From positions 256,001 through 320,000 of the forward strand of contig CAWFDF010000012.1 in NCBI GenBank assembly GCA_963814585.1: a stretch of 64,000 bases of DNA, written 5' to 3'. Shown piece by piece: positions 55,789 through 64,000 of the stretch. Under the pieces are notes generated by a model. That model was not told the DNA's origin, made no database searches, and saw only the letters and a program-made list of their open reading frames with translations. A program made the position numbers and the translations under genes. The number at the start of each line of letters is the position of its first letter. Positions within the stretch are counted from its first letter, which is position 1. This stretch comes from an uncultured delta proteobacterium. GTDB taxonomy: Bacteria > Myxococcota > Myxococcia > Myxococcales > Anaeromyxobacteraceae.

Positions 55789-56718
55789 CTACCCCGCGGG
55801 CGGTGGGTCCGGCGGGAACCAGTCGGCCGTCACCTCGAGCCACATGGCCAGCCCCGCCCAGGCGCCGTACGGGCGGTACCAGCGCCGGATGGTCCCGTCG
55901 GCCGGCACGGCGCGCCGGCCGCGCAGGGTCTTCAGCCGCTCCCGCGTCCAGGCGTCGAGGGCGAGGAAGTCGTGGCGGCCCAGCAGCCGGGCCAGGTGCT
56001 CGGCCGCGTAGGGGCCGAAGCCGTCGAGCGCCTTCAGCCGGTCGAGCAGCTCCGGCGTGGCCAGCCGGGGCGCGCGCAGGGCCTCGAGGTCCAGGGACCC
56101 GCCCGCCACCGCCCGCGCCAGCGTCCGCAGGAAGGGAGCCCGGTACCCGGCCCGGATGGTCTCCCGGTAGAACCCCTCGCCGCGCCGGGCCATGGCCTCC
56201 GGCGTGGGGAAGGCGCGCGATCCGTCCGGCCCCGGCTCGCCGAGCGAGGCGCAGAGGCGCGCCACCATGAGCCGGGTGAGAGACCAGGAGCAGTTGGTGG
56301 TGCAGAGCGTCTTGACCGCGTCCTCGAAGACGGTCGGCGAGCGGAGCAGCCGTCCGGCGCCCCGGGCCAGCGCCCACCGCAGGTCGGGCAGGTCACGCCC
56401 CTCCCCGGCGGCCCGCCGCGCCTCAAGCCGGCCGGCCAGCTCGCGGAACGGGGTCAGCTCCTCGTCGAGCGCCAGCGCCCGGGCGAGCTGGGCGCGCGCC
56501 TCGTCGCCGTCGGCACCTGAGAGGCGGCCCGTCGAGGCCAGCCGCACCACCAGCCCGGACGGCCCCTCGGCCACCTCGGCCCCGATCACGCGCCCCGAGG
56601 CGAGGCGGAGCGGCCGCGCCATGAGACGGCGCGCCTCGTCCCACCGCCACGGCGCCAGGTCGTACCAGCCGTGGCTGCGGCAAACCAGCGCAAGGTCGAA
56701 GGGCTGCGGGACACGCAC
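55789..56718 (-). CDS. HhH-GPD family DNA glycosylase (AlkA/OGG-like)
   Basis: SPTVFED, AFPTPE, GYRA, LDGFGPYAA HhH, downstream Asp, YGAWAG; start uncertain. Confidence 0.82.
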   Translation of the reverse strand: MRVPQPFDLALVCRSHGWYDLAPWRWDEARRLMARPLRLASGRVIGAEVAEGPSGLVVRLASTGRLSGADGDEARAQLARALALDEELTPFRELAGRLEARRAAGEGRDLPDLRWALARGAGRLLRSPTVFEDAVKTLCTTNCSWSLTRLMVARLCASLGEPGPDGSRAFPTPEAMARRGEGFYRETIRAGYRAPFLRTLARAVAGGSLDLEALRAPRLATPELLDRLKALDGFGPYAAEHLARLLGRHDFLALDAWTRERLKTLRGRRAVPADGTIRRWYRPYGAWAGLAMWLEVTADWFPPDPPPAG

Positions 56719-56830
56719 GTCGGGTCGGTGCTCCTGTACCCCGGTGGGGGATTGCCGTCCTGCACCAGGGGTGCGGAGATGGCCCTGACTCGTACCACGC
56801 ATCCCACGCCGCTCGAACGAGGAGACCGGC

Positions 56831-57376
56831 ATGATCGACGAACGCGACGACGACGGGCTCGAGGTCCTGGAAGGCGACGAGGGCGCGCCGGAGGTCGGGC
56901 GCCACCGCGACGTCGGTCGGGAGATGCTGGAGACGGCCATCGGCGAGCTGAGGCGCTCGGCGCCCGTGACCGTGGCCCCGACCGCCACGGTGGCCCGCGC
57001 CGCCGAGCTGATGCGCAAGAAGAGGGTCGGGGCGGTGCTGGTGAAGAAGGGCAAGGAGCTGGTCGGCGTCTTCACCGAGCGTGACCTGGTGGTCCGGGCC
57101 ATGGCGACGAGGAGCTGGGCCAGCGCCCCGGTCAAGAAGTTCATGAGCCCCCGGCCCGAGACCCTCAAGCTGGGCGATCCGGTGGCCTACGCGCTCAACA
57201 AGATGAGCGTGGGGCGCTTCCGCCACGTCCCCCTCGTCGACGCCGGCGGCGCGCTGGCCGGCATCATCTCCATCCGCGACATCGTCGACTTCATCGTCGA
57301 GCTCTGTCCCGAGGAGATCCTCAACCTGCCCTCGCAGCCCGAGCTGGCCATCCCCCGCAGCCCCGACGGCGGCTGA
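56831..57376 (+). CDS. Tandem CBS-domain protein
   Basis: LVGVFTERDL, FRHVPLVD, GIISIRDI; AGGAG RBS. Confidence 0.92.
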   Translation: MIDERDDDGLEVLEGDEGAPEVGRHRDVGREMLETAIGELRRSAPVTVAPTATVARAAELMRKKRVGAVLVKKGKELVGVFTERDLVVRAMATRSWASAPVKKFMSPRPETLKLGDPVAYALNKMSVGRFRHVPLVDAGGALAGIISIRDIVDFIVELCPEEILNLPSQPELAIPRSPDGG

Positions 57377-57537
57377 TCACCGCCCTGGCGTGGGCCCCGG
57401 CGCCAGCCGCCGCGCCTGCTCCTCCAGCGCGGCGGCCTCGGCCACCTGGTGCCGCGCCCCAGCCGGCCTGGGCGGGACGTTGGTGCCGCGCTTCGGTCTC
57501 GGCTCTCTCGTCACGTCATCCTGCCTGGGGCGCGCCG

Positions 57538-60369
<2,832 letters not shown>

Positions 60370-60506
60370 GGGTGCGTACCGACCTCGCGATGGGCGGGGA
60401 GATTACCGCCATTCACTACCTTGAAGTCATCCCAATAACCACTCCGGGGGCCACGTCCAGGCCCGGAACTTGGAATCCCGGGCCGCTCCCGTAGAGTGGG
60501 GCTCCC

Positions 60507-61193
60507 GTGGCCCGCCTACCGCCGCTGCCCGCCGTCGCCGCCCTGGCCGCGCTGGCCGCCGTGAGCGGGTGCGCCGGGACCTCCGTCACGCTCCGTGAAG
60601 GGCTCGACCAGAGCGACCTGCAGGCTCGCCTGGCCGCGCGCGGCCACGGCTGGCTCGGCCAGGGGCAGGCGCCCTTCCTGGCCGGCGGCGAGCGCTTCAA
60701 CCCCGACTGCTCGGGATTCGTCGAGGCGGTCTACGCCGCCGAGGGCGTGCCGCTGCGGCGGCTGGCGCAGGTGGCGGCGCCCGGGGAGACCTCCGGGGTG
60801 GCCGCCCTGTGGGCCGCGGCGGGGCGCTACGGCACCCGCTGGCGCGGCGGCGAGTGGCCGGCGCCGGGCGACCTGGTCTTCTTCGACGACACCTGGGACC
60901 GGAACGGGAACCGGGCCCTCGACGACCCGTTCACGCACCTCGGGCTGGTGGAGTGGGTCGACCAGCGGGGCACGGTCACCTTCCTGCACCGGGCCGGCGC
61001 CGGCGTGGTCCGTGGCCACCTCACCCTCGACCGCCCGGCCGACCTGCGCGCCGCCGGCGGCGCCGAGCTGAACGCGCCGCTGCGGGTCCGGGTCTCCAGG
61101 GACGACCGGGCCCCGGCGCTGGCGGGCGAGCTGTTCGTGGGGTTCGGGCGGATCGATCCGAGGCGGCTGCCCCGGCCGGCTACTCGAGGATGA
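60507..61193 (+). CDS. NlpC/P60-CHAP family lipoprotein
   Basis: Lipobox VSGC, DCSGFV, PGDLVFF, THLGLV...FLH. Confidence 0.85.
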   Translation: MARLPPLPAVAALAALAAVSGCAGTSVTLREGLDQSDLQARLAARGHGWLGQGQAPFLAGGERFNPDCSGFVEAVYAAEGVPLRRLAQVAAPGETSGVAALWAAAGRYGTRWRGGEWPAPGDLVFFDDTWDRNGNRALDDPFTHLGLVEWVDQRGTVTFLHRAGAGVVRGHLTLDRPADLRAAGGAELNAPLRVRVSRDDRAPALAGELFVGFGRIDPRRLPRPATRG

Positions 61194-62097
61194 ACTTCCG
61201 CGGGTTCTCGGGGATGCCGTTGACCCGCACCTCGTAGTGCAGGTGCGGCCCGGTGGACTTGCCGGTGTTCCCCACGCCGGCCACCTTGTCGCCCCGCTTC
61301 ACGCGGTCCCCGACGCGGACGAAGGTCTCGGAGAGGTGGCCGTAGCGGGTCTTCACGCCGTAGCCGTGGTCGATGACCAGCACCTTGCCGTAGCCTCCCT
61401 CGACGCCGCTGAAGACCACCACGCCATCCGACGGCGTGGTGACCGGCTGCCCGTGGGGCGTGGCGACGTCGATCCCCTCGTGCATCTTCCGGTCGTCCGA
61501 GTAGGGGTCGATGCGGGTGCCGAAGTCGGAGGTGACCCAGCCGCGGGTGGGCCAGATCGACGGGGTCGAGGCCAGCAGCGAGCGCTGGTCGTCGAAGTAC
61601 TCCTGCAGCTGCCTGAGGCTCTGCTCGGAGCGGGCGGCGTCCGCCTCCATGGTCCCGAGCTTCCCGGGGAGGGCCTTGAGGTTCTGCTCGGCGGCGGGGA
61701 CGGGGCCGGCCGGGACGGTCTCCGGCTCCGGGGTGCCGACCGGGCCGATGGCGAGGTTCCGGACGGGATCCTGCAGCGAGCTGACCGCGGTCCGGAGCTT
61801 GGCGTCGAAGCGCTCGACCCGATCGAGCGTCGCGCCGATGTGGGCCACCTTCTCCTGGACCAGCAGCACCTGGCTTCGCAGCTGCTCCTTCTCCTCCCGG
61901 AGGACGGCGTTCTCCGCGGAGGCCGAGAGCAGCGTCAGGTAGTGGATGCCGACGAACAGGGCGATGGCGGTGAATCCCAGCCCCCCCCACACCAGCTTCT
62001 GCAGCAGCCGCCGGGGGACCCGGAACTTGCGGACGGCCTGGCTGTGGTCGGAGACCACGATGACCGTGAAGATCTGGGACTTGGGGGCTTCGGCCAT
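61180..62097 (-). CDS. M23 family metallopeptidase with TM and coiled coil
   Basis: PSIWP, HEGID, YGHL, GPHLHYEV; AGGAG RBS before MAEAPK. Confidence 0.93.
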   Translation of the reverse strand: MAEAPKSQIFTVIVVSDHSQAVRKFRVPRRLLQKLVWGGLGFTAIALFVGIHYLTLLSASAENAVLREEKEQLRSQVLLVQEKVAHIGATLDRVERFDAKLRTAVSSLQDPVRNLAIGPVGTPEPETVPAGPVPAAEQNLKALPGKLGTMEADAARSEQSLRQLQEYFDDQRSLLASTPSIWPTRGWVTSDFGTRIDPYSDDRKMHEGIDVATPHGQPVTTPSDGVVVFSGVEGGYGKVLVIDHGYGVKTRYGHLSETFVRVGDRVKRGDKVAGVGNTGKSTGPHLHYEVRVNGIPENPRKFILE

Positions 62098-62238
62098 GCT
62101 CCTGGAGACTCCCGGTGCGGACGTGGAGCGGGCCGGAGCGGGGGCTCCAGCCTGCAATCCCGGAACCGGTAGCAGAGCCCGCTCGATCGAGTCAAGGAAG
62201 TATCGCACATCGGACGCCCCCTTTGGGGCGCCCGGACC

Positions 62239-63012
62239 TCAGGGCTCGGCCAGCTGGATCATGGCCACGGTGATGTTGTCGTCGCCTCCGCGCTCGTTGG
62301 CGAGGTCGACCAGCCGCTCCACGGCCCCCTCCCCCTCGGCCTCCACCAGCGCCAGGATCTCCTGGTCCTCGACGAAGTTGGAGAGCCCGTCGCTGCAGGC
62401 GACGATGGCGTCGCCCGCCTCCAGCTCCAGCCCCATCAGGTCCACCACGACCTCGCGCTCGAACCCGACCGAGCGGGTGATGATGTTCTTGTAGCGGCTG
62501 GTGCGGGCGTCCTCCTCGCTGATGGCGCCGCTGCGGAGCTGCTCGGCGACCAGCGAGTGGTCTTGCGTCACCTGGTAGATGTGGCCGGAGCGGATCAGGT
62601 AGGCCCGGCTGTCCCCGACGTGGGCGACGAAGGCCGACTGGCCATCCACCAGCACCGCCGTGACCGTGGTCCCCATGCCGGCCAGCTCCGGATCGGCCTG
62701 GGCCGCCTCGAAGATGGCGGCGCAGGCCTCCTCCACGGCGTGACCGAGGAGGTCGGGGAGCGGGTTCTCCTCCCCTTCGGCGCCGGACCCGAACAGCGTG
62801 GGCTCCTCGGCGCGAGCCTGGAGGATCGCCTTGCGGATGGTGTCGACGGCGATGCGGGAGGCCGTCCCACCTCCGGCGTGGCCGCCCATGCCGTCGGCCA
62901 CGATGAAGAGCCCGAGCGGCTCGTCGATCAGCAGCGCGTCCTGGTTCTGCTCGCGCCGCTGGCCGACGTCGGTGAGGCCGCGTGCGGCGATCCGGAGGGG
63001 CGGTGAGACCAT
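62239..63012 (-). CDS. PP2C/Stp1-family Ser/Thr protein phosphatase
   Basis: R-QNQD, VADGMGG, MGTT, HVGDSR, CSDGL, GGDDNIT. Confidence 0.95.
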   Translation of the reverse strand: MVSPPLRIAARGLTDVGQRREQNQDALLIDEPLGLFIVADGMGGHAGGGTASRIAVDTIRKAILQARAEEPTLFGSGAEGEENPLPDLLGHAVEEACAAIFEAAQADPELAGMGTTVTAVLVDGQSAFVAHVGDSRAYLIRSGHIYQVTQDHSLVAEQLRSGAISEEDARTSRYKNIITRSVGFEREVVVDLMGLELEAGDAIVACSDGLSNFVEDQEILALVEAEGEGAVERLVDLANERGGDDNITVAMIQLAEP

Positions 63013-63033
63013 TCGACGGCAGCGTACCCCTGC

Positions 63034-63059
63034 GATCACGCGAGGGTCAACGCGTGATC
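63034..63059. repeat. Inverted repeat GATCACGCG-N8-CGCGTGATC between recN and the phosphatase
   Basis: Perfect 9-bp arms read directly; could be an operator or a hairpin. Confidence 0.6.
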
Positions 63060-63084
63060 CGCGGCCAGCCCCCTTCCCTTTTGC

Positions 63085-64000
63085 TCAGGGTGACATGGTG
63101 ACCGACCGCGCCGCGGCCCTCCCCGGCACCGCCCGCCGCCCTCGCTCCGGGCCGGCCCCCGCCCGTGCCGCCGCGATGAGGGCCCCGGCGTGCTCCAGCG
63201 CCGCCGCCGTCACGGTGGCCCCCGCCATCATCCGCGCCACCTCCTGGCGCTGGTCGTCGGACTGCGCCAGCAGCGTCACCTCCGAGGTGGTGCGCCCGCC
63301 CGCCACCCGCTTGGAGACCCGGTGGTGCCGATCGGCGAACGCGGCGATCTGCGGCAGGTGCGTGATGCAGATGACCTGCCGGCCTCCGGCCACCTCGGCC
63401 AGCACCCGCCCCATGGCCTCGGCCACGGCCCCGCCGATGCCCGAGTCGACCTCGTCGAAGACGTAGGTGAGGACCGGATCCCGGCGCGCCAGCGTCCGCT
63501 TCACCGCCAGCAACAGGCGAGACAGCTCGCCGCCCGAGGCGATGCGGGCCAGCGGCCGAGGCGTCTCGCCGGGGTTGGGGGCCAGCAGGTAGAGGGCCCG
63601 CTCCCCGCCATCGGGGCCCAGCAGCGCCCCGCCGGCCTGCACGCCGCCGTCCGGCGGGGAGAAGGCCACCTCCAGCCGGCAGCGCGCCATCGCCAGCCCG
63701 GCGAGCTCGGCCTCGACGGCGGCGCAGAAGGCCTTGGCCGCTTTCTGCCTCGCCCTGGTGATGACACCGGCCAGCGTCGCCGCCTCGGCCCCGGCCGCGT
63801 CGATCTCCGGGGCCAGCGCCGCCAGCCGCTCGCCGCCGCCGGTCAGCGTGGCCAGCTCGGCCGCCATCTCCGACCGGCGCCGCAGCGCCGCCTCGAGCGA
63901 GCCGCCGTGCTTCCGGCAGAGCGCCTTCAGGGCCTCCAGCCGGTCCTCGATGGCCTGCAGCCGCTCGGCGTCACCGCCCACCGTCTCGGCGTACCGCCCC
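63085..64000 (-). CDS. recN: DNA repair protein RecN, C-terminal part (5' end outside window)
   Basis: NPGE-PL-IASGGELSR, FDEVDSGIGG, QVICITHLPQIAA, EVARM. Confidence 0.96.
   Translation of the reverse strand, partial: GRYAETVGGDAERLQAIEDRLEALKALCRKHGGSLEAALRRRSEMAAELATLTGGGERLAALAPEIDAAGAEAATLAGVITRARQKAAKAFCAAVEAELAGLAMARCRLEVAFSPPDGGVQAGGALLGPDGGERALYLLAPNPGETPRPLARIASGGELSRLLLAVKRTLARRDPVLTYVFDEVDSGIGGAVAEAMGRVLAEVAGGRQVICITHLPQIAAFADRHHRVSKRVAGGRTTSEVTLLAQSDDQRQEVARMMAGATVTAAALEHAGALIAAARAGAGPERGRRAVPGRAAARSVTMSP

Noticed and set aside
51876..56011. 1303-aa minus-strand and 1042-aa plus-strand ORFs spanning the OFOR to Lrp genes
   Set aside because: Shadows across several well-supported genes.

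Overview
Very GC-rich bacterial chromosomal window. Gene content and protein sequences point to an Anaeromyxobacter-like member of Myxococcota (inference). In order it holds: the 5' end of a Tat-exported [NiFe]-hydrogenase small subunit; a four-gene operon of ECF sigma, zinc-finger anti-sigma, secreted caspase-like protease and RCC1-repeat lipoprotein; envelope proteins; gltBD; system II cytochrome c maturation (resB/ccsA); a degenerate NtrC-like regulator; a complete alternative complex III (actA-G) + SCO + caa3-type oxidase operon; aat; a rubrerythrin / Fe-S oxidoreductase / DUF3501 cluster; a DHOD-like flavoprotein; USP; an output-less Cache-HAMP sensor; surE-nlpD-apt; sdhCAB; a fused 2-oxoacid:ferredoxin oxidoreductase; secA; peptidoglycan hydrolases; a PP2C phosphatase; and the 3' end of recN. 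I recognised no rRNA, tRNA, CRISPR array or mobile element. The best candidate for an undescribed system is the ECF / anti-sigma / caspase-beta-barrel / RCC1-lipoprotein operon (640-4814). Other signals are two FNR-type boxes in opposite (activating vs repressing) geometry, a recurring leaderless-promoter pattern, and a 31-bp intergenic direct repeat. Start codons were chosen by eye and family names come from motif recognition, not database searches.
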